Shown here: positions 54,394-64,000 of the stretch, one piece after another
How positions within the stretch are numbered: position 1 is the stretch's first letter
How the letters are laid out: each line of letters opens with the position of its first letter
Assembly (NCBI GenBank): GCA_030826265.1
Contig: JAPJOH010000010.1
Coordinates: 1,886 to 65,885, forward strand
Length of the DNA stretch: 64,000 nucleotides
Source: Collinsella aerofaciens
Lineage (GTDB): Bacteria > Actinomycetota > Coriobacteriia > Coriobacteriales > Coriobacteriaceae
Reading direction: 5' to 3'
Notes under the pieces: generated by a model
The model's input: the letters and a program-made list of their open reading frames with translations, nothing else
What the model was told of the DNA's origin: nothing
Database searches by the model: none
Position numbers and translations under genes: made by a program

Positions 54394-55191
54394 GTGGCGC
54401 TGGTATTTGACGTTCAGCAGGCGAGCGGTAAGCCCGACGACAACCGTCGCCCTGGCACCGCGTGCCCCTTTTGCGACACGGAGGGGCTCGCCAACATCAT
54501 CCGGCGCGACGGTGACTGCATCTGGCTCGAGAATAAGTTCAAGACCTTGCGGGCCACCCGTCAGACCGTATTGATCGAGTCGGCCAATCACGACGCCGAC
54601 TTGGTGACCTATGCGCCAGACGAGCTGCATCATGTGATGCGGTTTGCCCTGGGCTGTTGGCAGCAGATGATCGATTCACAGCAGTATCAAAGCGTACTCA
54701 TGTACAAGAACAAAGGCCCGCTTTCGGGCGGCAGCCTCGTCCATCCGCATATGCAGATTGTGGGCCTGGAGCGGGAGGACGGTTATGCAGCACTGGCCCC
54801 CGCCAACTTCGAAGGCATCAATGTTTGGCGACACGGGAGGGTTGCGGTCAACATTTCAACCGAACCGATCATGGGATTCTTTGAGGTCAACGTCTCGGCT
54901 CCACAGGGAATCGCCGCCAGCGACGACGCCCGCGACCAAGCCGAAGCGGACCTGTTTGCCGATGCGATTCAGGTGGCCCTGCGCTATATCCTGCACGAGC
55001 ATCACGGCGGTCGCGCGGAGTCGTACAACTTGTTCTTCTACCACATGGACGGCCGGACCATTGCCAAGGCGCTGCCACGTTGGGTGGTATCGCCCTACTT
55101 TGTGGGCTATCGCCTGGCCCAGGTCAATGCCGAGACAACGCTCGATATCGATGCTGAGCGCCTGCGCGCGCATCTGGAAACGCTCGTGTAG
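54394..55191 (+). CDS. DUF4931 / GalT-like HIT-superfamily nucleotidyltransferase
   Basis: CPFCD zinc-like motif and GGSLVHPHMQIVG (HxHxQ). GTG start with a GGAGGT RBS, 3 nt after the cutC stop. Confidence 0.7.
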   Translation: MALVFDVQQASGKPDDNRRPGTACPFCDTEGLANIIRRDGDCIWLENKFKTLRATRQTVLIESANHDADLVTYAPDELHHVMRFALGCWQQMIDSQQYQSVLMYKNKGPLSGGSLVHPHMQIVGLEREDGYAALAPANFEGINVWRHGRVAVNISTEPIMGFFEVNVSAPQGIAASDDARDQAEADLFADAIQVALRYILHEHHGGRAESYNLFFYHMDGRTIAKALPRWVVSPYFVGYRLAQVNAETTLDIDAERLRAHLETLV

Positions 55192-55221
55192 AAAGGCGAG
55201 CGCCTGCGAAAAGTGTGCTGC

Positions 55222-56220
55222 CTAGCGTGCCATCGCGTCGCGGCCGGCCTTGACCCGCTTGCGCTGTTTGGCGCGCTCCTCGCCGGTCAGACGCTCAAAG
55301 AGATGCCCGATAATCGAGGCCAGCACCTGCTGAAACAGCGTTCCGCACATGACGGGAAACACGACTTCGCCCGGAAAGTACTGCGTGGCGATGACGGCGC
55401 CCGAAGAGATGTTACGCATGCCGCAGGTAAAGCACATGGTAGTCGTCTCGCCATACGGCAGATGCAGCGCATGGGCGACCAGAAAACCGACGACAAAGCC
55501 GCTGATGGCGAAGATCAAAATAAAGAGGGCGACTTCCAGGCGCACCGTGTTCATGTGCAGCACGTAGTCGCTCATAGCGGTGGAGTTGGACGCGATGACG
55601 CCCATCATCATGAACTTGCAGGCGGGCGAAAGCGCGGGGGAGAGTTTCTCATGACCCCATCCGCGCGTGAGTTCGTTAATGACGATACCGAGCACGGCGG
55701 GTATGGCGATCATGAAGGCCATGTCTTGCATCATGCTCGGCACATCGATCGAGACAGTGGCGCCCAGCAGGAGCTTGAGCGTAAGAGGAATCGTCACAGG
55801 TGAGATGACCGAGGACGTCAGGATGATGGTGAGCGCGAGCGGGCCGTTGCCGCCGAACATGCTAATCCACATAAAGGCAGTGACCGCCACGGGTACGCTG
55901 TACTCGAGCACGATGCCGCAGACAAGGTTGGGGTTGGAACCAAAGAACAGCGAGCCCATGGCATAGGCTGCTATGGGAATGAGCACCGCCGAGACGAGCA
56001 GCGCCAAAATCAGGTGCAGCGGACGGCGGAACACCTCGGTTACCTGGTGGAAGGAGTTGCTGAGCGCACCCTGAAACGTCATAAAGGCAAACAGGGCGGG
56101 AACGATAGGCTTGAGTACGCCAATCTGCTGGGGAAAGAGCACGCCGAGCGCCACGCAAATCGGAACGATGACCTGCATATGTCCCGCGAGAAACTTGCCC
56201 AGTCCAACCCATTGCTTCAT
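55222..56220 (-). CDS. Bile acid:sodium symporter (BASS) family transporter
   Basis: Polytopic. ...ALFAFMTFQGAL... and the overall length fit the BASS/SBF-like family. Confidence 0.7.
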   Translation of the reverse strand: MKQWVGLGKFLAGHMQVIVPICVALGVLFPQQIGVLKPIVPALFAFMTFQGALSNSFHQVTEVFRRPLHLILALLVSAVLIPIAAYAMGSLFFGSNPNLVCGIVLEYSVPVAVTAFMWISMFGGNGPLALTIILTSSVISPVTIPLTLKLLLGATVSIDVPSMMQDMAFMIAIPAVLGIVINELTRGWGHEKLSPALSPACKFMMMGVIASNSTAMSDYVLHMNTVRLEVALFILIFAISGFVVGFLVAHALHLPYGETTTMCFTCGMRNISSGAVIATQYFPGEVVFPVMCGTLFQQVLASIIGHLFERLTGEERAKQRKRVKAGRDAMAR

Positions 56221-56496
56221 ATACTCTTGTGACTCCCTTTGCTCGTGAATCCGTTTTGAATGGATATGCTAGACGCTCGCATGCGTCCGTGCGTCAGAAA
56301 CGCTCGAATATTTCGAGGCTATTACCGGCATCGTTTACCGAAACCGCGGCGTGCTGCGGCGATTTGCGTCCGCGCTGCACGGTATAATAAATCCGTTCAA
56401 CAGATCTGCCTGCCGAAGCGGGCATACACAGAGGACTCATCGCTATGAACCGTGAGAGGTATCGCGGCGACCTGCCCCTATCGGGGGTGGGCGCCT

Positions 56497-59400
56497 ATGT
56501 CATCGCTTAAGACGACGCATCGCTGGGCGGTCGCTCAGCAAAACCCCGAGCTCGAAAAGGAGCTTTCGGCTGGCCTGGGCATACCCGGGCTGGTGGCGCG
56601 CATTATGGTTGCGCACGGCATTACATCCATCGAGGAAGGCCAGCTGTTTTTGACGCCTTCGCTCGATCGCGACTGGGCCGACCCACTCATTATCCCGGGC
56701 ATGTCGGTCGTTGCCGACCGCGTCGAGCGTGCTATTCGCAACCACGAGCACATTGCAGTCTTTGGCGATTTTGACGTTGACGGTATTACGTCGACCTGCC
56801 TGTTGACCGAGGCGCTGCGCACATTTGGCGCCGATGTCACGCCGTTTATTCCGCATCGCTTTGATGAGGGCTACGGTCTTTCGCGCGCGGCACTCGACCG
56901 CGTTAACGAGCTCGCTCGCCCCCAGCTGATCGTGACCGTCGATAACGGCATTGCCGCCAAGGAAGAGGTTTCCTATCTGGAGAGCCTGGGGATCGATTTG
57001 GTGGTCACGGACCATCACGAGCCCTCCGACCAGGTGCCGCAGGGTGTGCCCCTGACCGACCCCAAGCTCGAAGACGAGGGCCCCTCGCGTGAGCTTGCCG
57101 GTGCTGGTGTGGCGCTCAAGCTGGTGCAAGTCCTGGGTGAGCGCCTGGGCAAGCCGTCGTATTGGCGTTTGCTAATCGAGGTCGCGGCGCTGGGCACCGT
57201 GTCCGACATGATGCCGCTCACGCCCGAGAACCGCGCGCTGGTTGCCGAGGGCATCCAGCAGATGCGCGTAACCTCTCGCCCCGGCTATATCGCGCTTGCC
57301 GCGCTCGCCAAGGCGGACCTTTCGAGCATTACGGCGGATGGCCTGTCATTCTCGCTCATTCCCCGCTTAAACGCTGCCGGTCGCATGGCCGATCCCAAGC
57401 TCGCGCTCGACCTGCTGCTTGCCCGCAATCCCATCGAAGCAAGCGCGCTGGCGGCTGAGCTCGAGGAAATCAACCGCCAGCGCCGTGAGATCGAGGCGGA
57501 GCTCACGCGCGATGCCATGGCAAAGGTCGAGGAGACCTATGACGGCGGACGCGCGATCGTCGTGGGCGGCGAAGGCTGGCACGAGGGCGTCAAGGGCATC
57601 GTGGCAAGCCGTCTGACCAACCGCTACCACGTGCCGGCACTGCTGTTCTCGATCGAGGATGGTATCGCGCGCGGCTCTGGTCGCTCGGTGGGCAAAGTTA
57701 ACCTGTTTGACGCTATCGAGCGCTGTTCCGACCTGATGATTCGTCGCGGCGGACATGCCGGCGCGGTGGGTGTGACCATCGAGGCGTCCAAGCTCGATGA
57801 GTTCCGCCGTCGCCTTTCCGCCGTGTTGTCCGAGCTTCCCGCCGAGGACTTTGAGGACACCGACGAGGTTGCCGCCACGGTCGACCTTTCCGAGCTGAAT
57901 ATCGAGACTATAGAGCAGATTTCCCGCCTTGAGCCGTTTGGCCAGGGTAATAAGGTGCCGCTGCTGGCCGCCGAGGGCGTGACGATGTGTGATCGCGCCG
58001 TGGTGGGTAAGACCGGCGAGCATATGCGCTTCGTGGCGACGGATGGCGCCGCGAGTGTGCCGGCCATCATGTTTCGTGTACCGCAGATCGACAGGCTTAT
58101 CAATTGCGACAGCGCCGTCGACTTGGTGTTCGAGGCCGTTGCCGAGCATTGGCAGGGTCGTGTGAAGCCCAAGCTCATGGTCAAGGATGTTCTGGTCCGC
58201 GATAGCACGCTGCCCAGCGTCGACGATCCGGCATGCGAGCTTCGTCGTGGCGTGCAGCCGGCGGATTCCGGCCTGCGCTTGGAGTCGCGCAAGCGCGAGA
58301 CGCTCGCCCAGCTTTCCTATACCGAGCTCACGCGCTCGCTTATCCATAGCTTTATCGGATCGAACCAGCCGCACCGCGCGCAGGTTGAGGCGCTCGACGC
58401 CTTGGCCGATCACCAGAGTGTCTTGGCGGTTATGGGAACGGGCCGCGGCAAGTCGCTCATCTTCCATGTGCATGCCGCGCGTGAGGCGGTGCTTCGCGGA
58501 CGTGCGAGCATCTTTGTCTATCCGCTGCGTGCGCTTGTTGCCGACCAGGCCTATCACCTCTCGTCGACGATGGCATCGCTTGGCATTGGCGTTGGCGTGC
58601 TTACCGGCGAGACCGTGGAGGCCGCGCGCGATGACGTGTTCGCCGGCCTAGCTTCGGGCCGCACCGGTATCGTGCTCACGACGCCCGAGTTCCTATCTAT
58701 CCACCGTGACCGCTTCGCGCGTTCGGGCCGCATCGGCTTTGTCGTTATCGATGAGGCGCATCATGCCGGTCTTGCCAAGGGCGGCGACCGCAGCGCCTAT
58801 CTCGACATGCCCGATATCCTCAAAGCCCTGGGCGACCCGGTCGTTATGGCTGCGACGGCCACCGCGACGGCTCCGGTTGTGGCCGAGCTTGCCCGCATGT
58901 TGCCGATCACTCGCACGGTGGTCGACGAGACGGTGCGCGAGAACCTGCGGCTCGAGGACGACCGCGATCTTGCAAGTCGCGAGAACCGTTTGGTGTCGAT
59001 TGTGGCGACGGGGGAAAAGACCGTCATCTACGTCAATTCGCGCGACCAGTCCGTGGCGCTCGCCAAGACGTTGCGCAAGCGTGTGCCCGATTGCGCAACC
59101 CATATCGCGTTCTATAACGCGGGGCTTGTGCGTTCCGATCGCCGTCGCGTGGAGGAAGCATTCCGAGACGGCAGCCTCAGCTGCATCGTCTCGACCTCTG
59201 CCTTTGGCGAGGGCGTCAACCTGCCCGATATCCGCCATGTCGTGCTCTATCACATGCCGTTTGGCGGCATTGAGTTTAACCAGATGAGCGGCCGTGCCGG
59301 TCGCGATGGCCAGCCCGCCGTGATCCACCTGCTCTATTCGTCGCGCGATGCCCGCATTAACGAGCGCCTGCTCGACTGCTACGCACCCGAGCGCGACGAG

Positions 59401-59784
59401 CTCGTCACACTCTATCGCGCGCTGCAGACCATGTGGCGCTCCAACCGCGGCAAGACCGGGGATGATTCATTCTGCGCAAGCGATATCGACATCGCGCAGA
59501 TGTGCCTTGCCATCGATGCCCGCACGCCGGTCGACGAGCGCTCGGTGGAAAGCGGCCTAGGAATCTTCGAAGAGCTTGGTTTCTGTCGCGTTTCGGGGTT
59601 TGACGACACCCGTCGCATCGCGATGGCCGAAAACCCCGGCCGCGTGCAATTGAGCAGGTCAATTCGCTATTTGGAGGGCTTGCGCTCGCGCATGGAGTTT
59701 TCGGCTTTCCGGAGCTGGGCGCTCGATTCGTGCGCTTCTGATATGCTAGCCAAAGTTAACCGCCCGATCGTACCGCGGGCCTAG
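56497..59784 (+). CDS. recJ: RecJ (DHH/DHHA1 ssDNA exonuclease) fused to a RecQ-like SF2 helicase
   Basis: N-terminal half: FGDFDVDGITS, VTVDNG, VVTDHH and GGHAGAVG. C-terminal half: MGTGRGKS, VVIDEAHH, MAATATAT and QMSGRAGRDGQPA. One continuous 1095-codon frame. Confidence 0.88.
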   Translation: MSSLKTTHRWAVAQQNPELEKELSAGLGIPGLVARIMVAHGITSIEEGQLFLTPSLDRDWADPLIIPGMSVVADRVERAIRNHEHIAVFGDFDVDGITSTCLLTEALRTFGADVTPFIPHRFDEGYGLSRAALDRVNELARPQLIVTVDNGIAAKEEVSYLESLGIDLVVTDHHEPSDQVPQGVPLTDPKLEDEGPSRELAGAGVALKLVQVLGERLGKPSYWRLLIEVAALGTVSDMMPLTPENRALVAEGIQQMRVTSRPGYIALAALAKADLSSITADGLSFSLIPRLNAAGRMADPKLALDLLLARNPIEASALAAELEEINRQRREIEAELTRDAMAKVEETYDGGRAIVVGGEGWHEGVKGIVASRLTNRYHVPALLFSIEDGIARGSGRSVGKVNLFDAIERCSDLMIRRGGHAGAVGVTIEASKLDEFRRRLSAVLSELPAEDFEDTDEVAATVDLSELNIETIEQISRLEPFGQGNKVPLLAAEGVTMCDRAVVGKTGEHMRFVATDGAASVPAIMFRVPQIDRLINCDSAVDLVFEAVAEHWQGRVKPKLMVKDVLVRDSTLPSVDDPACELRRGVQPADSGLRLESRKRETLAQLSYTELTRSLIHSFIGSNQPHRAQVEALDALADHQSVLAVMGTGRGKSLIFHVHAAREAVLRGRASIFVYPLRALVADQAYHLSSTMASLGIGVGVLTGETVEAARDDVFAGLASGRTGIVLTTPEFLSIHRDRFARSGRIGFVVIDEAHHAGLAKGGDRSAYLDMPDILKALGDPVVMAATATATAPVVAELARMLPITRTVVDETVRENLRLEDDRDLASRENRLVSIVATGEKTVIYVNSRDQSVALAKTLRKRVPDCATHIAFYNAGLVRSDRRRVEEAFRDGSLSCIVSTSAFGEGVNLPDIRHVVLYHMPFGGIEFNQMSGRAGRDGQPAVIHLLYSSRDARINERLLDCYAPERDELVTLYRALQTMWRSNRGKTGDDSFCASDIDIAQMCLAIDARTPVDERSVESGLGIFEELGFCRVSGFDDTRRIAMAENPGRVQLSRSIRYLEGLRSRMEFSAFRSWALDSCASDMLAKVNRPIVPRA

Positions 59785-59799
59785 GGGAAGGGGACCTCG

Positions 59800-62160
59800 A
59801 TGGATGCCGCAGCCCGTACCGCCCATGATTCCACCCTCCAGCCGTTTTCGGAGATGGAGCACTATAAGCATGCCGATGAGCTGCCGCCCGAGATTATGGC
59901 GGACAGCTACGACAAGCTGGAGCGTCTGTGCCTCAAATATATGAATGAGGACGACTTTTCTAAGGTTGAGCAGGCCTACTGCTTTGCTGCCGAGAAGCAT
60001 TGCAACCAAAAGCGGCGCTCGGGTGAGATGTACATCAACCATCCCGTCGAGGTGGCCATCATTCTGGCCGATCTTAAGATGGACTGTGACGTGGTATGCG
60101 CCGCGCTGCTGCACGATACCGTCGAGGATACCGAGACTTCGCTTGCCGATGTTTCCGGCCTGTTTGGCGATACGGTGGCCGAGCTCGTCGATGGCGTGAC
60201 CAAGCTCACCAACATCGAAGTCGACAGCATGGACGAGAAACAGGCCCTCACGCTGCGCAAGATGTTCCTCGCCATGTCCAAGGACATCCGCGTCATCATC
60301 GTTAAGCTTGCCGACCGTCTGCACAACATGCGCACCCTTGCAGCCCTGCGTGAGGACCGTCGCCTGTTTAAGGCTCGCGAGACCATGGACGTGTATGCGC
60401 CTCTGGCCGACCGTCTGGGCATGAGCTCCATTAAATGGGAGCTCGAGGACCTGTCCTTCTTCTACCTTGAGCCCGACGCCTACCAGCGCATCGCGCGCAT
60501 GGTGGCTGAGTCGCGCGAGGTTCGCGAGCGCTATCTGGCCGAGACCATCAAGACGCTCACCGACGAGCTCAACCGCATTGGCCTGGAGGGCTTCCAGATC
60601 AACGGCCGCTCCAAGCACTATTGGTCCATCTACCAAAAGATGAAGCGCAAGGGCAAGGAATTCTCCGAGATCTACGATTTGGTGGCGCTGCGCGTTATTA
60701 CCCATTCGGTGCGCGATTGCTACTCCACGCTCGGCGCAGTGCATACGCTGTGGCACCCCATGCCCGGTCGCTTTAAAGACTATATCGCCATGCCCAAGGT
60801 CAATAACTACCAGTCGCTCCATACGACGGTTATCGGCCCCACGGCCCGCCCGCTCGAGATTCAGATTCGAACCTATGAGATGCATGAGCAGGCCGAGTAC
60901 GGCATTGCCGCCCACTGGCTATATAAGAAGTCGGGCGGATCGTCTGCTTCCAAGACCAATGACGCTCAACGTTTGGACGACCAGATCAACTGGCTCAAGC
61001 ATTCGCTCGATTGGGCTGCGTCTGATGAGATCACCGACGCCAAGGAATACCTGCATTCGCTGAAGGTCGACCTCTTCGATCAGGAGATCTTCGTCTTTAC
61101 GCCCAAGGGCGAGGTCATGGCGCTTCGTGCCGGCTCCACGCCGCTCGACTTTGCCTATGCCGTTCACACCGAGGTGGGAAACCACTGCGTCGGCGCTAAG
61201 ATCAACGGTGCTGTGGCCCCGCTCACGCACGAGATCAAGACGGGCGACCGCGTTGAAATCCTGACTAACAAGAGTTCCAAACCGTCGCGTGATTGGCTCA
61301 AGATCGTCAAGACGCCTTCGGCCAAGTCCAAGATCCGTCGCTACTTTGCCGCCGCGACTAAGGACGACGACGCTGCCGCCGGCCGCGATATGCTGGCCAA
61401 GGACCTGCGCAAGCGCGGGTATGGCATCTCCACGCCGCGCTCCACGCGTGCGCTCAACGCCGTGGCGGAGCAGTTTAACTTCAAGCAGCTCGAGGACCTG
61501 TTTGCTGCCGTCGGCGCCGGCAAGGTTGCCCCGCGCGCTGTGGGTAATAAGGTCGAGCAAATCTTGGACCCCAAGCCCGAGGAACAGCTCACCAAGGCCG
61601 AGGCTATCGCCGAGGTCGTGAAACAGCCGGCCCGCGGCTCCAACCGCAAGCCGCAAAAGCGTGGCAAGAGCGCAAGTAACGGCATTATCGTTAAGGGCGA
61701 GAGCAACAGTGGCCTGCTGGTCCGTCTGGCTCATTGCTGCAACCCCGTGACGGGCGACGATATCGTCGGCTTCATCACGCGTGGCCGAGGTGTCTCAGTG
61801 CATCGCGCCAACTGCCCCAACGTCAAGGGCCTCATGGAGCACCCAGAGCGCATGATTGACGTAGAGTGGGATGGTGCTGCCGACACTCTCTTCCAGGTCG
61901 AGATCGTGGTCGAGTGCCTGGACCGCATGGGCCTGCTCAAGGACGTCACCATTGCCATTGGCGATGCAGGCGGCAATATCCTTTCTGCCGCCACCTCGAC
62001 CAACCGCGAGGGTATTGCGACTCTGCGCTTTATGGTCGAGATTTCGGATGCGAGCGGCCTGGATCCGCTGCTGGCTTCCATCAGCAGTGTCGATTCGGTC
62101 TACGACGCTCGCCGTCTTATGCCCGGCGAAGGCGGAGCTCAGCTCAAGCGCCGTGTGTAG
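59800..62160 (+). CDS. rel: Bifunctional (p)ppGpp synthetase/hydrolase
   Basis: HD domain (INHPVEVA...LLHDTVEDT). Synthetase (RFKDYIAMPKVNNYQSLHTTV). TGS (VFTPKGEVMALRAGSTPLDFAY) and a C-terminal ACT. Confidence 0.95.
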   Translation: MDAAARTAHDSTLQPFSEMEHYKHADELPPEIMADSYDKLERLCLKYMNEDDFSKVEQAYCFAAEKHCNQKRRSGEMYINHPVEVAIILADLKMDCDVVCAALLHDTVEDTETSLADVSGLFGDTVAELVDGVTKLTNIEVDSMDEKQALTLRKMFLAMSKDIRVIIVKLADRLHNMRTLAALREDRRLFKARETMDVYAPLADRLGMSSIKWELEDLSFFYLEPDAYQRIARMVAESREVRERYLAETIKTLTDELNRIGLEGFQINGRSKHYWSIYQKMKRKGKEFSEIYDLVALRVITHSVRDCYSTLGAVHTLWHPMPGRFKDYIAMPKVNNYQSLHTTVIGPTARPLEIQIRTYEMHEQAEYGIAAHWLYKKSGGSSASKTNDAQRLDDQINWLKHSLDWAASDEITDAKEYLHSLKVDLFDQEIFVFTPKGEVMALRAGSTPLDFAYAVHTEVGNHCVGAKINGAVAPLTHEIKTGDRVEILTNKSSKPSRDWLKIVKTPSAKSKIRRYFAAATKDDDAAAGRDMLAKDLRKRGYGISTPRSTRALNAVAEQFNFKQLEDLFAAVGAGKVAPRAVGNKVEQILDPKPEEQLTKAEAIAEVVKQPARGSNRKPQKRGKSASNGIIVKGESNSGLLVRLAHCCNPVTGDDIVGFITRGRGVSVHRANCPNVKGLMEHPERMIDVEWDGAADTLFQVEIVVECLDRMGLLKDVTIAIGDAGGNILSAATSTNREGIATLRFMVEISDASGLDPLLASISSVDSVYDARRLMPGEGGAQLKRRV

Positions 62161-62194
62161 GTGCGAGAGCCTCTCAGCATCATAGATATTGGTT

Positions 62195-62232
62195 ACGTTC
62201 GAGGCATCGTTTGGTGCCTCGAACGTATTTTA
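62195..62232 (+). terminator. Intrinsic terminator of rel
   Basis: ACGTTCGAGGCA-8 nt-TGCCTCGAACGT followed by ATTTTA. Confidence 0.7.
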
Positions 62233-62242
62233 GAAGGAGGGC

Positions 62243-62932
62243 ATGCGCATGGACGATATGACTTTGGACCTGACACCCCGAGGTGCGGCTTCGATTGAGG
62301 CGCTCGTCAACGGCCCGATTCAGACCAACAGTTACGCCGTGATTTCGAATGACGAGTGCTTAATCGTCGATCCGGCGTGGGAGGGCGAGCGTCTTGTGGA
62401 GCATATCCGCACCGCGCATCCCGAAGTTCGCGTACTCGGCTCTGTCTGCACGCACGGTCATGCCGACCATGTTGGCGGGGTCGCCGGGGTTCGAGCTGTC
62501 GTTGGCGACAGCGCACTATATGAGTTGTGCGCTAAGGACGTGACGGTGCCTCGCGCAAATATCGAGGAGCAGCGCGCCATGTGGGGTATTGAGGCGCCCG
62601 ATCCGGGCGAGCCGACGCGGCTGCTTGCCGAGGGCGATACGATTGAATTGGGCGATATCTGCCTGCAGGTGATCGAGACGCCGGGGCATACGCCGGGCGG
62701 CATCGTCCTGTTCGCCGCGACCGAGCAGGGGAACATCGCCTTTGTGGGCGACACGCTTTTCCCGGGCAGCCACGGTCGTACCGATCTTTCCGGCGGTGAC
62801 GAGGCGGCGATTATGCGCTCGCTCTCCAAACTTGCCAAGACGCTTCCGCCCGATACCGTTTGCTTGACGGGCCATGGCGATTCGACCACGATGGCGCGCG
62901 AACTTATGCAGAATCCGTTTATGCAGATGTAG
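62243..62932 (+). CDS. MBL-fold metallo-hydrolase (glyoxalase II-like)
   Basis: CTHGHADHVGG, TPGHTPG and a later GH...D. The start may be ATG 62249 (AGGAGG upstream). Confidence 0.85.
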   Translation: MRMDDMTLDLTPRGAASIEALVNGPIQTNSYAVISNDECLIVDPAWEGERLVEHIRTAHPEVRVLGSVCTHGHADHVGGVAGVRAVVGDSALYELCAKDVTVPRANIEEQRAMWGIEAPDPGEPTRLLAEGDTIELGDICLQVIETPGHTPGGIVLFAATEQGNIAFVGDTLFPGSHGRTDLSGGDEAAIMRSLSKLAKTLPPDTVCLTGHGDSTTMARELMQNPFMQM

Positions 62933-63126
62933 GCTCGAAGCCGTCTTTCGAATCACGAAGACCGCTCAATCGTCAAGCTATTTTCCCCAGTGGGTCGATT
63001 CTGTGGGGCAAACGGTCAAAATTTGTCCAATCGGATGGTATTCGTGAACAAACGAACGTTTATGCTCGGGTATGTCGTGGTAAAATCTCAGGCGTTATCG
63101 GAGCAACCTTACAGGAGGTTTCTTTT

Positions 63127-63993
63127 ATGCTCGTCAACGCAGCAGACATGCTCAAGAAGGCCGAGGCCGGCAAGTACGCTCTCGGTGCCTTCAACACCAA
63201 CAACCTCGAGTGGACCCTGGCTATTCTCCAGGCCGCCGAGGAGGCCAAGTCTCCGCTGATCCTTCAGTGCACCGCTGGTGCCGCTAAGTGGATGGGCGGT
63301 TTCAAGGTCTGCGCCGACATGGTCAAGGCTGCCGTCGAGGCCACGGGCGTTACCGTCCCCGTCGCCCTTCACCTCGATCACGGTTCTTACGAGGACTGCT
63401 TCAAGTGCATCGAGGCCGGCTTCACGTCCATCATGTATGACGGCTCTCACGAGGAGACCTTCCAGCTTAACCTCGACCGCACCAAGGAACTCGTTGAGCT
63501 TGCCCACTCCAAGGGCATGTCCATCGAGGCCGAGGTCGGCGGCATCGGCGGCACCGAGGACGGCGTGACCTCCAACGGCGAGCTCGCTGACCCCGCTGAG
63601 TGCAAGCAGATTGCTGACCTGGGCGTCGACTTCCTCGCCTGCGGTATCGGCAACATCCACGGCGTGTATCCCGCCGACTGGGCTGGCCTTTCCTTCGAGC
63701 GTCTGGGCGAGATCAAGGCTCAGACCGGCGACCTGCCCCTCGTTCTGCACGGTGGTACCGGCATCCCCGAGGATCAGATCAAGAAGGCCATCTCCCTGGG
63801 TATCTCCAAGATCAACGTTAACACCGATCTGCAGCTCGTCTTCGCCAAGGGCGTTCGCGAGTATATCGAGGCTGGCAAGGATCAGCAGGGCAAGGGCTTT
63901 GACCCCCGCAAGCTCCTCAAGCCTGGTCGCGACAACATCGTTGCCCGCACCAAGGAGCTCATGGAGGAGTTTGGCTCCGTCAACAAGGCGTAA
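63127..63993 (+). CDS. fba: Class II fructose-1,6-bisphosphate aldolase
   Basis: GAFNTNNLEW, LHLDHG, GNIHG and LVLHGGTG. AGGAGG RBS. Confidence 0.92.
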   Translation: MLVNAADMLKKAEAGKYALGAFNTNNLEWTLAILQAAEEAKSPLILQCTAGAAKWMGGFKVCADMVKAAVEATGVTVPVALHLDHGSYEDCFKCIEAGFTSIMYDGSHEETFQLNLDRTKELVELAHSKGMSIEAEVGGIGGTEDGVTSNGELADPAECKQIADLGVDFLACGIGNIHGVYPADWAGLSFERLGEIKAQTGDLPLVLHGGTGIPEDQIKKAISLGISKINVNTDLQLVFAKGVREYIEAGKDQQGKGFDPRKLLKPGRDNIVARTKELMEEFGSVNKA

Positions 63994-64000
63994 GTAGCGG

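Noticed and set aside
56383-56388. Perfect TATAAT upstream of recJ
   Set aside because: The only -35-like hexamer (TTGCGT) is 13 nt away, which is too close. The box lies 108 nt from the start. Left uncalled without TSS data.
1-64000. Search for CRISPR arrays, rRNA/tRNA genes, integrases, transposases and prophage modules
   Set aside because: None recognised by eye. The only repeats are the three MITE copies and the two palindromic elements. A tRNAscan/Infernal/ISfinder run would be needed to exclude small RNAs definitively.

Overview
GC-rich, gene-dense bacterial chromosome segment. Gene content suggests an anaerobic Actinomycetota or Coriobacteriia-like organism (inference only): reverse rubrerythrin, an Etf-linked FAD lactate-dehydrogenase-like module, an LAxTG sorting signal and a RecJ-RecQ fusion. 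I support about 50 protein genes, mostly housekeeping: purL, hom, trmB, rel, fba, a liv-type ABC transporter, cutC, Fe-ADH/ALDH and Elp3. I found no rRNA, tRNA, CRISPR array, integrase or transposase. Accessory or unusual content: (1) a tightly coupled three-gene operon at 19.6-25.2 kb (TerB-N/TerB-C protein, DUF2791/BrxD-like P-loop ATPase, Lhr-like SF2 helicase) that matches the Shango-type anti-phage architecture; (2) next to it, a five-gene operon at 26.2-29.4 kb of uncharacterised secreted or anchored proteins, including a WxL-like protein and a tiny LAQTG-anchored protein, reminiscent of csc/WxL surface-complex clusters; (3) a 123-bp MITE-like element with 16-18 bp terminal inverted repeats in three copies, two of which bracket a DUF559-type gene and supply the stop codons of two genes; (4) an AT-rich single-gene island at 51.7-53.7 kb bracketed by direct copies of a ~90-bp palindromic element; (5) a 27-aa hydrophobic Hol-Tox-like peptide gene followed by a HIRAN / 59-aa protein / metallophosphoesterase / DUF2130 gene string; (6) gene decay: a GGDEF gene frameshifted in a G6 run, a livJ-like relic and a truncated azlC; (7) an Elp3 gene abutting a membrane-anchored spermidine-synthase-fold methyltransferase. 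Many long ORFs in the track are antisense shadow ORFs typical of high-GC DNA and were rejected. All functional calls rest on motif-level recognition by eye; no searches were run.
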